Notes: generated from the sequence alone by a model not told the origin. A stretch of 64,000 nucleotides of DNA from an uncultured delta proteobacterium (GCA_963745035.1 CAVUVW010000015.1:160001-224000), one strand, 5' to 3'. Shown: positions 31,431 to 42,952, counted from the stretch's first letter. Made by a program: numbers and translations.

Positions 31431-32498
31431 TCACGCCACGCTGCTCACCTGGCGCAGCGTCTGGAGCACGAACTCGTCGAACGGCACGGCGGTCGACGTG
31501 CGCAGGTAGTCGATGCGGCGGCCGGAGCACAGGGTTTCGATTTCCTTAAAGTAGCCGGCGAGCTCCAGGCGATAGCGGCGCGCCAGTTCGGCGTCGAGAA
31601 AAAGCTTGCGCTCGCGCCCGCCCTCGACGTCGACGAGCGCGATATCGCCGCGCGCCTCGGGCTCGGCTTCGCGCGCGTCGATGACGTGAATCACCAGGAT
31701 CTGGTAGCGTTTGACGGCGAGCTCTTCCAGCGCGGCGCGCCAGCCCGCCGGATCGAAGAGATCGCTCACGATCACGACGAAACCGGGCTGCGGAAACAGG
31801 TTGGTGAGCGAGTGGGCGGCGGCGCGCAGATTGGTTTCCCCGCTCGCGGACAAGCCTGCCAGAAAGCGGAACAAGCTGAGAATCTGTTTTCTGCCGCGCC
31901 CCAAAGTGAGCGGCGCGTGCAGCCGCATGGAGAACGCCGCGCCGCCGACCCGATCGAGATTCTTGAGGCCGATGTAGCCGAGCGCCGCCGCGACTTTCTT
32001 GGCGTAGTCGAGCTTCGCCGGCGCGCCTTCGGCCATCGAGCGGCTGGTATCGACCAGCAGATAAATGTTCATCTCCTCTTCGGAGGTGAATACTTTCAGC
32101 AGCAGCCGGTCCAGCCGGCGGTAGATATTCCAATCGACGTAGCGCAGATCGTCACCGCGCTGGTAGCGCCGGTAGTCGGAAAACTCCAAGCTGAAGCCCT
32201 TGCGCGCGGCCGCGTGCTCGCCTTTGGCGCCGGCAAAGCTCAAGCGCTTGGCGACGAGATGGAGCCGTTCGAGCTTGCGCAGGAAGTCGGTGTCGAAAAA
32301 AGTCTCGGGTTTCGAGTCTCGGGTCTCGGGTTCGGACTTCCGAAGCCAACGTCGACCCGAGCAGGTCTCGCTCGTTATGCGGATGAATGCGGGACAACCA
32401 TTCGCCGCGCACGGCGAACCAAATCCAGCGCTCCACCCGCTATCCGCGCCGGTGCGTTTGCGAAACCTGAGACACGAGACACGAGACCCATAACTCAA
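31431..32498 (-). CDS. DUF58 domain protein (start uncertain; N-terminus runs through a repeat element)
   Basis: EFSDYRRYQRGDDLRYVDWN, DTSRSM and VSDLFD; follows moxR. Confidence 0.9.
   Translation of the reverse strand: MSYGSRVSCLRFRKRTGADSGWSAGFGSPCAANGCPAFIRITSETCSGRRWLRKSEPETRDSKPETFFDTDFLRKLERLHLVAKRLSFAGAKGEHAAARKGFSLEFSDYRRYQRGDDLRYVDWNIYRRLDRLLLKVFTSEEEMNIYLLVDTSRSMAEGAPAKLDYAKKVAAALGYIGLKNLDRVGGAAFSMRLHAPLTLGRGRKQILSLFRFLAGLSASGETNLRAAAHSLTNLFPQPGFVVIVSDLFDPAGWRAALEELAVKRYQILVIHVIDAREAEPEARGDIALVDVEGGRERKLFLDAELARRYRLELAGYFKEIETLCSGRRIDYLRTSTAVPFDEFVLQTLRQVSSVA
32302..32495. repeat. palindromic element with inverted 7-mer arrays (GTCTCGG / CGAGACA)
   Basis: 32302-32335 gtctcgg gtttcga gtctcgg gtctcgg; 32461-32495 cgaaacc tgagaca cgagaca cgagacc. 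Confidence 0.8.
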
Positions 32499-32502
32499 CT
32501 CT

Positions 32503-33510
<1,008 letters not shown>

Positions 33511-33534
33511 AGACTAACGTCTCCTCAAGTCAGT

Positions 33535-33618
33535 TGGGGTACTGGAGTGGTGGAGTAATGGAGTACTGGGGATCGAATCCGTGCCATCACTCCGTTACTC
33601 CAGCACGCCATCACGCCA
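33535..33618. repeat. palindromic element with inverted 8-mer arrays (TGGAGTAx / CCATCACx)
   Basis: tggggtac tggagtgg tggagtaa tggagtac ... ccatcact ccgttact ccagcacg ccatcacg. Confidence 0.8.
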
Positions 33619-35052
33619 ATTCTCTGCGTTCACTTGCCTGTCATCTCCCAACGACAGAAAATAATTCTTGATGGTTTCCTTGAGCGCCGCCGGCACGCGC
33701 TCGGAGTTGAGCTCCTGCTCGGCCTGGCGCCGGTAGGAAGCGACCACTTCGGAATCCGGCACCGCGCTCTTTCCCGGCGCCGGCTTGGCCTTGAACGTCA
33801 ACGCGGTGCTCTCGCCTGCGCCAAGCGCGCCCTTCACTTGAGTCGACGGCCCGGCGCGAAAATCCGGCAGCGCCGGCGCTTCGTCGCTTTTCTTGCCCGG
33901 CTCCTTGCCGGGAAGATTGCTGGGATTTTTCTCTCTCACGCCATCTGCCGGCGCGTCTTCGTCGCTTTGGGAGCTGTGGCTCCGCGCCAGATTTTCGCCC
34001 TGCTCGCCCTGGCCCTGCTTCATCATCTGCTGCAAATATTGCTGCGCGTCGAGCAGCGCCCGGCGGTCCAATTCGCCAGCCACGCGCCGTTCCAGTTGAT
34101 CGAGGAACGCCTTGAGATCGCTCCGGCCGGGTCCTTGCCCGGCCTGCTCCGCTTCATTCAGCCGGCGCTTGAGCTGCGGCATGCTCGCCAACCGCTCGGC
34201 CCATCGCCGGCCCGGATCCTCCGCGCCCTTGGGCAGCTCGGGAAGCTCCGCCAAATCGCGCGCCGCGGTCAGCTCGGCCTGCAGGTCTTTGAGACTTTGC
34301 CGGCTCTCCGCCGTCGCGGAATCCTTCTCGCCTCTCGACTTGGCCGCGTCGTCGAATTTCTGCGCCAGCGCTGCCAGCTCTTTTTTGAATTGCTCGTCGT
34401 CGCTCTTGTTTTCGATGCCGCGACGCGCGGCCTTCTCCAGCTCCTGGCCCATCTTGAGACTCTCGCGCAGTCCTTCGTTCTTCGCTTTCTCCTGAAACTC
34501 GCGGGAAAACTCGCGCGCCTTTTGCGCCAGCGTGCGCGGCGCGGAGGATAATCCGCGATCATCCCAGCGATCGACGTCGAGCCAGAGAAGCGTAATCCAG
34601 AGCGCAAAAAGCGGCAGCGCGAGATACGCCGGCCAGTTCCACCGGCGCGGGAACAGTGCCCGCGGCTCGGCCGAACGAAGTCTTTCTTCCGCCTGCTTGA
34701 AGACCAACTGCGCGGCGGCGCCGGTATCGGAGCGCGCCGCCAGGTCCCAGGCGGTCACGGCGCGCTCTTCGAGAGCGAGCGTTTTGTCGAGCAAGCCCAC
34801 GGTGCGAATTTCGTCCCGGCGCGCCCAGCGGCGGCGATAGAGAAACCACGGTGCGAGGCCGGCAAGCAGGATGACCGGAACCAGCCAGCGCAGCCATTCA
34901 TGGGGCAAAAAACCGTTTAGCGGCAGAGCGACGATGGTCAAGCCGAGCGCGGCGCAGCACGCCGCGAGCAAAAGCTCTTCGCGCCGCTTGCGCCGCTCCC
35001 AGCGCACGAGCTCGATGAATTTGTCGTTGAGTTTCTCCGTCGCCGCGCTCAT
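33595..35052 (-). CDS. membrane-anchored coiled-coil protein of the MoxR cluster
   Basis: Three TM segments, LEERAVTA motif, coiled coil, Gly/Gln-rich linker, C-terminal VP..LKETIKNYF. Confidence 0.8.
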   Translation of the reverse strand: MSAATEKLNDKFIELVRWERRKRREELLLAACCAALGLTIVALPLNGFLPHEWLRWLVPVILLAGLAPWFLYRRRWARRDEIRTVGLLDKTLALEERAVTAWDLAARSDTGAAAQLVFKQAEERLRSAEPRALFPRRWNWPAYLALPLFALWITLLWLDVDRWDDRGLSSAPRTLAQKAREFSREFQEKAKNEGLRESLKMGQELEKAARRGIENKSDDEQFKKELAALAQKFDDAAKSRGEKDSATAESRQSLKDLQAELTAARDLAELPELPKGAEDPGRRWAERLASMPQLKRRLNEAEQAGQGPGRSDLKAFLDQLERRVAGELDRRALLDAQQYLQQMMKQGQGEQGENLARSHSSQSDEDAPADGVREKNPSNLPGKEPGKKSDEAPALPDFRAGPSTQVKGALGAGESTALTFKAKPAPGKSAVPDSEVVASYRRQAEQELNSERVPAALKETIKNYFLSLGDDRQVNAENWRDGVLE

Positions 35053-35795
35053 GGCGTCGCCTCCCGTCCAAGCGCCCATCGGTGGGCGCCATAGCCGGCC
35101 GCGCCGAGGAGAAGATGAAACGTCCAATGCACTGCGGCGCCCGGCCATTGCCAGCCGAAGAGCTGGAGCGGCGGCAGCTCCTGCCGGCTCAACAGAGTGA
35201 GAACAAAGGCCACGGGATTGAGCGGCAGGTAAAAGAGCGCCGAGAGAATCACCAGAGCGACAAAGAAGCTGCGGATAAAAACCTGGCGGCTCTCGACCCG
35301 GCGCTCCCAAAGCGCCAGGCTCGCCAGGCCCCAGACGCCGTACGTAAACGCGTAAAAGGGCAGGAGCAGCAAGGTGTAGCCGATGTTAACCGGCGGCGTG
35401 CGCGCTATCGCGCCGGCCCAGATCAACAGCGGTAAGCAGAGCAGGACCGACAGGCCGATGTGCATTAAAAGAAAATAGATTTGCGCCCGGCTCACCGCGG
35501 CGCTCGACTGCGCCTGCTCGCGCAGCCAATGGCGCAGCGGCTTGAAGCGCCAGGGCGCGAATTCCTGGTTGGCCACGCGTAAAGCGAAATAGACCAGGAG
35601 CAGCAGCGCGGTCACCGCGGAGACTTTGAACAGGCTCGCCGAACCGGCCCACTGCTGCGCGTCGAGCGACGGCACGTAGAGCGAGAGAAACTCCACCGGC
35701 GTGAGAATGATCAAGATGTAGAAATACACGGCAACGCCGTGCCCTTCGCCGAAATATACGTCCAGGCTTTCGCGCCACACGGGATTGTTTTTCAT
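35049..35795 (-). CDS. multi-pass membrane protein (ABC-2 permease-like)
   Basis: About six hydrophobic segments, NPVWRE start; overlaps the downstream start. The start could instead be 35873. Confidence 0.7.
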   Translation of the reverse strand: MKNNPVWRESLDVYFGEGHGVAVYFYILIILTPVEFLSLYVPSLDAQQWAGSASLFKVSAVTALLLLVYFALRVANQEFAPWRFKPLRHWLREQAQSSAAVSRAQIYFLLMHIGLSVLLCLPLLIWAGAIARTPPVNIGYTLLLLPFYAFTYGVWGLASLALWERRVESRQVFIRSFFVALVILSALFYLPLNPVAFVLTLLSRQELPPLQLFGWQWPGAAVHWTFHLLLGAAGYGAHRWALGREATP

Positions 35796-35880
35796 CCCCG
35801 ACTCCCCAAGCGCGACCTTGCTCGGCAACGGAAGGATTGCGTCCCGCGCGGCAGATTGTTCTCCAGTGTGCATGTTGAGC

Positions 35881-37893
35881 TCATTCGTCCTCCGGGCCGG
35901 GCAGCGGAAAAATTGCGCGAAACAGGGCGTAGTCCTGCGCCTGGATGCGCGCATCGTCGATGCGCACGCGCGGCTCGGGGTCTTTCACCCAACCGAACAG
36001 GATCGCGGCACCGCCCGCCCAGCGCGCATCGCCGTCGCGCGGAAACATGGAGGAGTGAAACAGGATATCGCGGGTCTTGTCGGTGAAAGACATTTCCCGG
36101 AGCTTGAGACTGTCCAAACGGCCCGCAGGCGCTTCGTCTTTGAGCGCGCCGCCCGTGAGCGGAAATGTTCGGCGCCAGCTCGCGCCTTGCGGTATCGCGC
36201 CGAGATCGAAGCGCTGGCCCGGCACCACGAGCCAGCACTGGATGAGGTCTTTGGCGCTGCGGTTGTCGACTGTCACGATCAGTTGGTCGCCTTGGGCTTC
36301 GAACCCGGCGCCGAAGGAAAAACGGTCGACGCGGCGCAGGCGAAACAGTCGATAGTCCCATTCCCGCAGCGGCAGGCGGTAGCGGCTTGCGCCGCCCGCC
36401 TCCTGGGTCACGATCGCCGGCTCGGTTTGCTCGCGCGCGCGGCTCGCCACCGGCGTGAGATCGATCCAGCCGCGCTCGAGCTCGAGATCATAGGCGCGGA
36501 GCTGGGTGGAAAACAACGCCAGATTGGCCTGGGCCTCGACGAAGCCGTCGCCGCTGTTTTCGAGCACGGTGGAAACCAGCAGCACACCGTCGGGAATATT
36601 GCCGCCCTGGCTGAAGTGGACATAGCCGCCGGCAGCGCCGGCAGTGATAAAAGTTGCAAGACCAATCACAAACACGTGCGGTGCCGGCCGCCGTTTTTGC
36701 CAGAGCCAAACTAATGCGCCCAGTCCGACGAGATAGCCCAGTATGGCCAGGAACAATGCGCCGGACGGGACGTAGGTCGCAATAAATTTAGGACTCGCGA
36801 TCAACTGGTTGAAGACCGCGTCGCTCCATTCGGTGCGCGGCGCCGGCTCACCGCCGCCCGCAGGCGCGAGCAAGCTTTGCAGATATTTTCCCAGGCCGTC
36901 CCACTGGGATAACGGCGGCCGGCCGATGTCGAGCGCGAGATAAAGAATCTTGCCGCGCCCTCGGCTGGCTTCCACGAGCAGGGGGATGCCGTCGGACTCG
37001 GCCACGATCGTGCCCCGCGCAAGCGTTGAGGACTGCGCCCAAACGCCGGCCAAAGAAGTCCTCGCCGCGCCTTTGCCGATATTGGGGACAAATGAAATCT
37101 GCCGAACGCCGTTTACCCGCACCGGCAGGAAGCGCGCCAGCGCGGGCTCCTGATAGAGCGCGTAGTTGATGCTGCCGGCGATGACCAACTGCCCGCCGGC
37201 CGTGAGCCAGCCGTCGAGAGCGAGTACCTGCGCGCGCGAAAGCTCGCGCAGCGACTGATCGTAAAGAATGATGTGCGAAACGCCGAGGAGAGCGCGCGCG
37301 TCCGCCGCCAGCTCCGCGGGAGCGAGCGACACCAGCCGCCCTTGCGCCGATGCACCGAAAGTGAGCGGCGGAAAAACCCCGCCGCTCAGCAACAACTGAA
37401 CGGGCGCCGGCGAGAAGTGCCGGCGCAAGTCGATCTCGCGCGTGGCCTTGGTCTGCGCGCCGGAAAAGCGGATCACCAGCGGCCGGCTGAGAAAGTCGGG
37501 ATCGACCGTGAGCTGAACGGTCTTGCGCGCTTGCCCGGGCAAGAAAATCTCGCGTCGATAGTTGGCCAGATAGGGCGCACCGCCTTTGGTCGCGCCGCCC
37601 TTCCACACCTGCACGTCGAGCACACCCTCGACCGGACGGCCGGTATTGTTGAGCTCCACTTCGAGCGGAAAGGGCCGGCCGAGCTGGAAAACGCCGCGAA
37701 AGCCGACGCGCGACTCGATCAGGATTTCCGCGCGCGCCGGCGCGGTGGAAACCAGAAAAAGGAAAACAGCGAGCAGCCCCGGACGCGCCGCTCGCCGCCA
37801 TGCGAAATCGAGATATTTGTGATCCGCGCGCCCGGGACCGGGACGCGGTCGCGAGTAGCAGGTGAGAGCAGCTTTCTTGGCTGAAAAGGACAT
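35881..37893 (-). CDS. exported GATase1-like domain membrane protein of the MoxR cluster
   Basis: Signal-like segment, AL.GW...GGQLVI.G, GRGKILYLA and two internal TM helices. Confidence 0.75.
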   Translation of the reverse strand: MSFSAKKAALTCYSRPRPGPGRADHKYLDFAWRRAARPGLLAVFLFLVSTAPARAEILIESRVGFRGVFQLGRPFPLEVELNNTGRPVEGVLDVQVWKGGATKGGAPYLANYRREIFLPGQARKTVQLTVDPDFLSRPLVIRFSGAQTKATREIDLRRHFSPAPVQLLLSGGVFPPLTFGASAQGRLVSLAPAELAADARALLGVSHIILYDQSLRELSRAQVLALDGWLTAGGQLVIAGSINYALYQEPALARFLPVRVNGVRQISFVPNIGKGAARTSLAGVWAQSSTLARGTIVAESDGIPLLVEASRGRGKILYLALDIGRPPLSQWDGLGKYLQSLLAPAGGGEPAPRTEWSDAVFNQLIASPKFIATYVPSGALFLAILGYLVGLGALVWLWQKRRPAPHVFVIGLATFITAGAAGGYVHFSQGGNIPDGVLLVSTVLENSGDGFVEAQANLALFSTQLRAYDLELERGWIDLTPVASRAREQTEPAIVTQEAGGASRYRLPLREWDYRLFRLRRVDRFSFGAGFEAQGDQLIVTVDNRSAKDLIQCWLVVPGQRFDLGAIPQGASWRRTFPLTGGALKDEAPAGRLDSLKLREMSFTDKTRDILFHSSMFPRDGDARWAGGAAILFGWVKDPEPRVRIDDARIQAQDYALFRAIFPLPGPEDE

Positions 37894-37935
37894 GCTGCCT
37901 TTCCAGAACGGCCCCGTCTTGCGGCGCAGGGCGAG

Positions 37936-38418
37936 CTATTCGATGTAGTCCACGCTGAGAATGTCGAAGGTGCGGACGCCCGTCGGGGTGTGCACCTGGA
38001 CCTCGTCTCCTTCGCTCCTGCCGATCAAGGCGCGGGCGATCGGCGAGCTGATGGAAATTTTGCCGTTCTTCGGCTCCGCCTCGTGATCGCCGACGATTTG
38101 ATATACCACCTTATCTCCGGTATCACCATCGGCCAGCGCCACGGTGGCGCCGAAGACCACCTTGTCGCCGGAGAGCTTGGCGACTTCGATGACTTGAGCG
38201 CGAGCAAGCTTGTCGTCGATTTCCCGAATCTGCACATCGAGCAGCGACTGGCGTTCCTTGGCGGCGTGAAATTCGGCGTTCTCGGACAGATCACCGTGAC
38301 CGCGGGCCTCTTCGATCTCGCGAATGTTCTTCGGCCGCTCGACGGTTTTCAGGCGTTTCAACTCTTCCATCAAAAATTGATACCCCTTGCTGGTCATCGG
38401 CACGCTTGCGTCTGCCAT
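37936..38418 (-). CDS. greA: transcription elongation factor GreA
   Basis: ARGHGDLSENAEFHAAKE and ISISSPIARALIG. Confidence 0.97.
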   Translation of the reverse strand: MADASVPMTSKGYQFLMEELKRLKTVERPKNIREIEEARGHGDLSENAEFHAAKERQSLLDVQIREIDDKLARAQVIEVAKLSGDKVVFGATVALADGDTGDKVVYQIVGDHEAEPKNGKISISSPIARALIGRSEGDEVQVHTPTGVRTFDILSVDYIE

Positions 38419-38435
38419 GTCGTTAACTCCTCAAC

Positions 38436-38469
38436 AAAATAAAAACCCCTCGGAATTACTTCCGAGAGG
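38436..38469 (-). terminator. intrinsic terminator inside the greA leader
   Basis: CCTCTCGGAA-GTAA-TTCCGAGGGG followed by TTTTTATTTT, immediately before the greA RBS. Confidence 0.75.
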
Positions 38470-38509
38470 CTTTCAAATGAAAGTGTTTAACCGCGGTGAC
38501 TTGTCGGGC

Positions 38510-38537
38510 ATTGTAACATCGCGTCCACCTATTTCAA
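38510..38537 (-). promoter_or_regulatory. greA promoter (extended -10)
   Basis: TTGAAA-N16-TACAAT with TG-n before the -10 box. Confidence 0.6.
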
Positions 38538-38655
38538 CTCTCAAAACCGGCGAAAGCGCGGGCATGATGCGCATCCGGCGGTCACCAAAAAAGCCGCGCG
38601 ACAGCGATGTCGAGATAGCCATCCCGGTCGGATTCCCTGGAAACGAGAATTTAGT

Positions 38656-39633
38656 TTACGCCCGTTTTATCGGGCCGAAGACGTGGCATGCCACGCCGTG
38701 GCCGTCGGGGCTGAAATCGAGCGGCGGTTCGGTCTGGCTGCAAAGCGCTTCGCGGTAGGCGCAGCGCGGATGAAAAGTGCAGCCGGGTGGAGGATTGACC
38801 GGGCTCGGCACGTCACCCTCGAGCACCACCCGCTCTTTCTTGCGGTCGGTGTCGGGCATCGGCACGGCCGAGAGCAGCGCCCGCGTGTAAGGATGCTTGG
38901 CGTCGCGGTAGATGGTCTCGCTGTTGGCGATCTCGACCACCTTGCCGAGATACATGATCGCCACCCGATGGCTGATATGCTCGACCACGCGCAAGTCATG
39001 CGAGATGAAAAGATAGGTGAGATGCATCTTCTCCTGCAATTCCTGCAGCAGGTTGATGATCTGCGCTTGAATCGACACGTCGAGCGAGGACACCGGCTCA
39101 TCGCAGACGATAAACCTGGGACTGACCGCCAGCGCCCGGGCGATGCCGATGCGCTGGCGCTGCCCGCCGCTGAACTCATGGGGATAGCGGCCGTAGTGGT
39201 CTTCGCGCAAGCCGACTTGATGGAGCAGCTCCATTACCCGATCGCGCTTGGCCTTGCCTTTGGCAAGCTTGTGGATTTCCAGACCTTCGCCGACGATATC
39301 GCCGACCCGCATGCGCGGATTGAGCGAAGCGTAGGGGTCCTGGAAAATGATCTGCATCTCGCGGCGCATGTCGCGCAATTCGCGCTGCGGCATCCCGAGC
39401 AAATTCTTGCCTTGAAACTTCACCTCGCCGCCGGTGGGCTCGATGAGCCGCAAGATGGTCCGCCCCAGGGTCGACTTGCCGCATCCCGATTCGCCGACCA
39501 ACCCAAGGGTTTCGCCCTCATTCACGTCCAGGTTGACCCCGTCGACGGCTTTGACGGCGCCTTTGTTGCGCGAAAATAGCCCGTCACCGACCGGGAAGTG
39601 CTTTTTTAAATCGCGGATTTCTACCAGGCTCAT
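38656..39633 (-). CDS. oppF: oligopeptide ABC transporter ATP-binding protein (OppF/DppF)
   Basis: [31 protein letters not shown] and C-terminal C.FHPRC. Confidence 0.92.
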   Translation of the reverse strand: MSLVEIRDLKKHFPVGDGLFSRNKGAVKAVDGVNLDVNEGETLGLVGESGCGKSTLGRTILRLIEPTGGEVKFQGKNLLGMPQRELRDMRREMQIIFQDPYASLNPRMRVGDIVGEGLEIHKLAKGKAKRDRVMELLHQVGLREDHYGRYPHEFSGGQRQRIGIARALAVSPRFIVCDEPVSSLDVSIQAQIINLLQELQEKMHLTYLFISHDLRVVEHISHRVAIMYLGKVVEIANSETIYRDAKHPYTRALLSAVPMPDTDRKKERVVLEGDVPSPVNPPPGCTFHPRCAYREALCSQTEPPLDFSPDGHGVACHVFGPIKRA

Positions 39634-39689
39634 ATCAACGAGCTCAAAACGTTCGACTTGATGGGTGGCAATCGGCAAATCGCGCATCC

Positions 39690-40695
39690 TCAAGCTTCGC
39701 TCCTCGGCTTTTCCCGCGATTCGGTATGCGGGAAATGGCAGGCGACGGTATGGCCGGCTTCGTTTTCAACCAATTGAGGCTCGGTTTGCGCGCACACGTC
39801 GGCCGCGCGCGGGCAGCGATCGCGAAACCGGCAGCCGCTCGGCAGGCGCAACGGACTGGGCACCATGCCGGGTATGGCGTCGAGGCGCTTTTTCTTGAGC
39901 GCGCCCACGCCCGGCAGCGAATTGAGCAGTCCCACGGTGTAAGGATGCATGGGATGGTTGAAGATCGTCCGCGTGTTGGCGCGCTCGACGATCTTGCCGG
40001 CGTACATGATCGCCACGTCGTCGGCCTGCTCGGCGACGACACCGAGATCGTGGGTGATGAGCAGCAGCGCCATGCCGCCGATCTTTTGCTGCAGCTCCTT
40101 CATCAGTTCGAGGATCTGCGCCTGGATCGTCACATCCAAAGCGGTGGTTGGCTCGTCGGCGATGAGCAGGCTCGGGTTGCACGACAGCGCCATCGCGATC
40201 ATCACCCGCTGGCGCATGCCGCCGCTCAATTGATGCGGGTAGGCATCGACCCGCGACGCCGGATCGGCGATCTTCACCAGCCGGAGCATTTCGATGGTCT
40301 TCTGCCCGGGTTTCTTTCTTGCCGAGGCCCTGGTGCAGGCGGATCGCTTCGCCGATCTGATTGCCGACGGTGAACACCGGATTGAGCGAGGTCATCGGCT
40401 CCTGGAAGATCATCGAGATTTCGTTGCCGCGGATCTTGCGCATTTCCTCGTTGTTGAGCTTCAAGAGATCGCGGCCGCGGTAAAGAATCTCCCCGCCGAC
40501 GATTTTTCCCGGCGGCGACTGTATCAACCGCATGATCGACAGCGAGGTCACGCTCTTGCCGCAACCCGACTCGCCGACCAGCCCGATGGTTTTGCCCTCG
40601 CCGATCTCGAAGCTCACGCCGTCGATGGCGCGCACTTCGCCCTCGGGGGTAAAAAAGGACGTTTGCAGATTTTTGACCTGAAGCAGTTCAGCCAT
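39690..40695 (-). CDS. oppD: oligopeptide ABC transporter ATP-binding protein (OppD/DppD; +1 frameshift near 40308)
   Basis: [10 protein letters not shown] and [11 protein letters not shown] in one frame; [12 protein letters not shown] and [16 protein letters not shown] in the next. Confidence 0.92.
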
Positions 40696-40930
40696 GACGA
40701 GAGCAGCACTGCGCAGCGCTGTTAGATGGTTTTTCCTCCACGGATTCTGTTCGCCATCCGCGGATTGAGATATCGCGGATAGCACTTCCCATAGCATTAA
40801 ATGTGCATACTTCCAACACGATACCAGCCCGCATCAACGTCATCCCAGGATGAGCGCGGATATTTCACCGACTTTGAGCTTGAAGTCAATAGTGAGCTGG
40901 AGTACGAACCGCACAGACACTCTCTCGGTC

Positions 40931-40979
40931 TTTGACCGCTTGAACGATTGGAACGGCTTGAACTTCTTGAACGACTTGA
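40931..40979. repeat. 9-mer tandem repeat (TTGAACGAx), five degenerate copies
   Basis: tttgaccgc ttgaacgat tggaacggc ttgaacttc ttgaacgac, ending at the RBS of the next gene. Confidence 0.7.
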
Positions 40980-40988
40980 GGAGGATCC

Positions 40989-42084
40989 ATGGGCCGGGTT
41001 AAGAACCTCGACGAAATCAAAGCGATGGTGCGCGAGCGCACCGGCAAGCGCAATATCTTTCGCCTCGCCAAGCGCGAGGACGTCGAATCGGTGCTCGCGA
41101 ATTTGACCGAGCAAAGACCCGGAGCTTTGGGCCAAAGAATGGTCGCGCGTCGCGCAACCCTACGAAGACCAAGGCGCCGAGCTGGAGCGCGCCGGCAAAT
41201 TCAACGACGCCCGCGCAGCCTACGTGCAAGCCTATGCGTACTACGCGACCGGCCGCTATCCGACGCCGCACACCCCGGGAAAAATGGCATGCTTCCGCAA
41301 GAGCCTCGAGATGTACGAGAAGGCCGGCAAGTACTTCGAGCCGGTGCTGGAGCGAGTTGAAATTCCGTTCGGTGAAAAGACGATTCCGACTTACGTGCGC
41401 GTGCCGAAAGACGGGCAAAAACACTCCATCGTCATCAATTTCGGCGGCATCGATTCATTCAAAGCGGAGAGCTACGAATATGACGAAGGCTTGCAGAAAA
41501 ACGGCATGGCGAGCTGCGCCGTCGACATGCCCGGCGTCGGTGAATGCCCGATCAAAGCTTCGACGACGGCAGAGTCGGTCTTCAGCGCGGTGATCGACTA
41601 TCTCGAGAAACGCCCCGATATCGATTCCGAACGCATCGCCATCATGGGCCGGAGTTTCGGCGGCTATTGGGCGGCGAAGATGGCTCACGTCGAACCGAAG
41701 CGCCTGCGCGCCGCGGTCGTTTGGGGCGGCGGCGTGCACTATTTCTTTCAGGAAGACTGGCTGCGCGAATCGACCAACGCGGAAAGCTATCTCATGGATC
41801 ACGACATCGCCCGCTGCCGGCTCTTCGGCGTCGATAACTTGGACGACCTTCGAAAACCCTGGTCCGCGCTCTCGCTCAAAGACCAGGGTTGGCTGGACAA
41901 ACCTTCGTGCCCCATGCTGATCGTCAACGGCAAGAACGACCTGCAGACGCCGATCGACGATCTTTATATCCTGCTCGAACACGGCACGCCCAAATCGGCG
42001 CGCGTCTTCCCCGGCGGCCACATGGGCCAAACCCCGCAAACCTTCCCGACGATTGTAAACTGGCTGAAAAACGAATTGCAGTGA
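40989..42084 (+). CDS. FrsA/DUF1100-like alpha/beta hydrolase (+1 frameshift near 41109)
   Basis: GRYP, GGIDSFK, DMPGVGE, nucleophile GRSFGGY, NGKND and GGHMG; GGAGG RBS before 40989. Confidence 0.88.
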
Positions 42085-42181
42085 ACTTCCAAATTCGTTT
42101 TGGGACAAGATTAGATTCTAGTCCACAATGTAGACAACCGCTGGCTGACAACGATCGCCGCGACGTTTGAGCCACGAACCG

Positions 42182-42952
42182 CTATTTTTGAAACTGCTCC
42201 CGCGGAAAATTCGCCGTTGCCATCACCCCGCCGTCGACGACTAAGGGATGGCCATAGATAAAGTCCGACTCGTCGCTCACCAGAAACAGCGCCGCTTTCG
42301 CCTGATCCTCCGCCGTACCCAGGCGCCCGGCTAGATTTTGCACCGTCCGGCTGCCGGCCACGTCGTCGTCGTATCCGACGGGAGAACCCGACCGGTTCGG
42401 CACGACGCAGTTGACGCGAATCTTGTAATCGGCGAGCTGCACCGCCATGGCGCGAGTCATATTGATGACGCCCGCTTTGGCGGCGGCATAGGCGATGCCG
42501 TCGAAGCGCCCCACCATGCCCGAGGTCGAACCGAAGTTGACGATCTTGCCGCCGCGTCCTTGATCGCGCATCTGCTGCGCCACGTACTTCGTTACCAAGT
42601 ACGGACCTTTGAGGCTGACGGCGATGATCTTGTCGAATTCTTCTTCAGTGCTGTCGAAAATGTTCGCGTGATCGGTGAGAGCGGCGTTGTTGACCAGAAT
42701 ATCGATGCCGCCGAATTTGGCGGTGACTTTGTTCACCATTTCTTTCACGTCGCTCGATTTGGCAACGTCGCATAACACCAGCATCGCGTCCTGCCCAGTC
42801 TTGTTGATCTCATCGACGACCGCTTGCCCGCGTCCTTCATGCATCTCGACGACCGCGATCTTCGCTCCTTCCGAAGCGAACAGCTTCGCCATCGCCTTGC
42901 CGATGTTTCTACCCGCGCCGGTGATTACGGCGACCTGCCCTTTGAGTTTCAT
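42182..42952 (-). CDS. short-chain dehydrogenase/reductase
   Basis: TGAGRNIG, LVNNA, YAAAK and IRVN. Confidence 0.95.
   Translation of the reverse strand: MKLKGQVAVITGAGRNIGKAMAKLFASEGAKIAVVEMHEGRGQAVVDEINKTGQDAMLVLCDVAKSSDVKEMVNKVTAKFGGIDILVNNAALTDHANIFDSTEEEFDKIIAVSLKGPYLVTKYVAQQMRDQGRGGKIVNFGSTSGMVGRFDGIAYAAAKAGVINMTRAMAVQLADYKIRVNCVVPNRSGSPVGYDDDVAGSRTVQNLAGRLGTAEDQAKAALFLVSDESDFIYGHPLVVDGGVMATANFPREQFQK

Noticed and set aside
40700-40930. Small hairpins and ORF fragments upstream of oppD
   Set aside because: Stems are only 5-6 bp and the translations match nothing I recognise.
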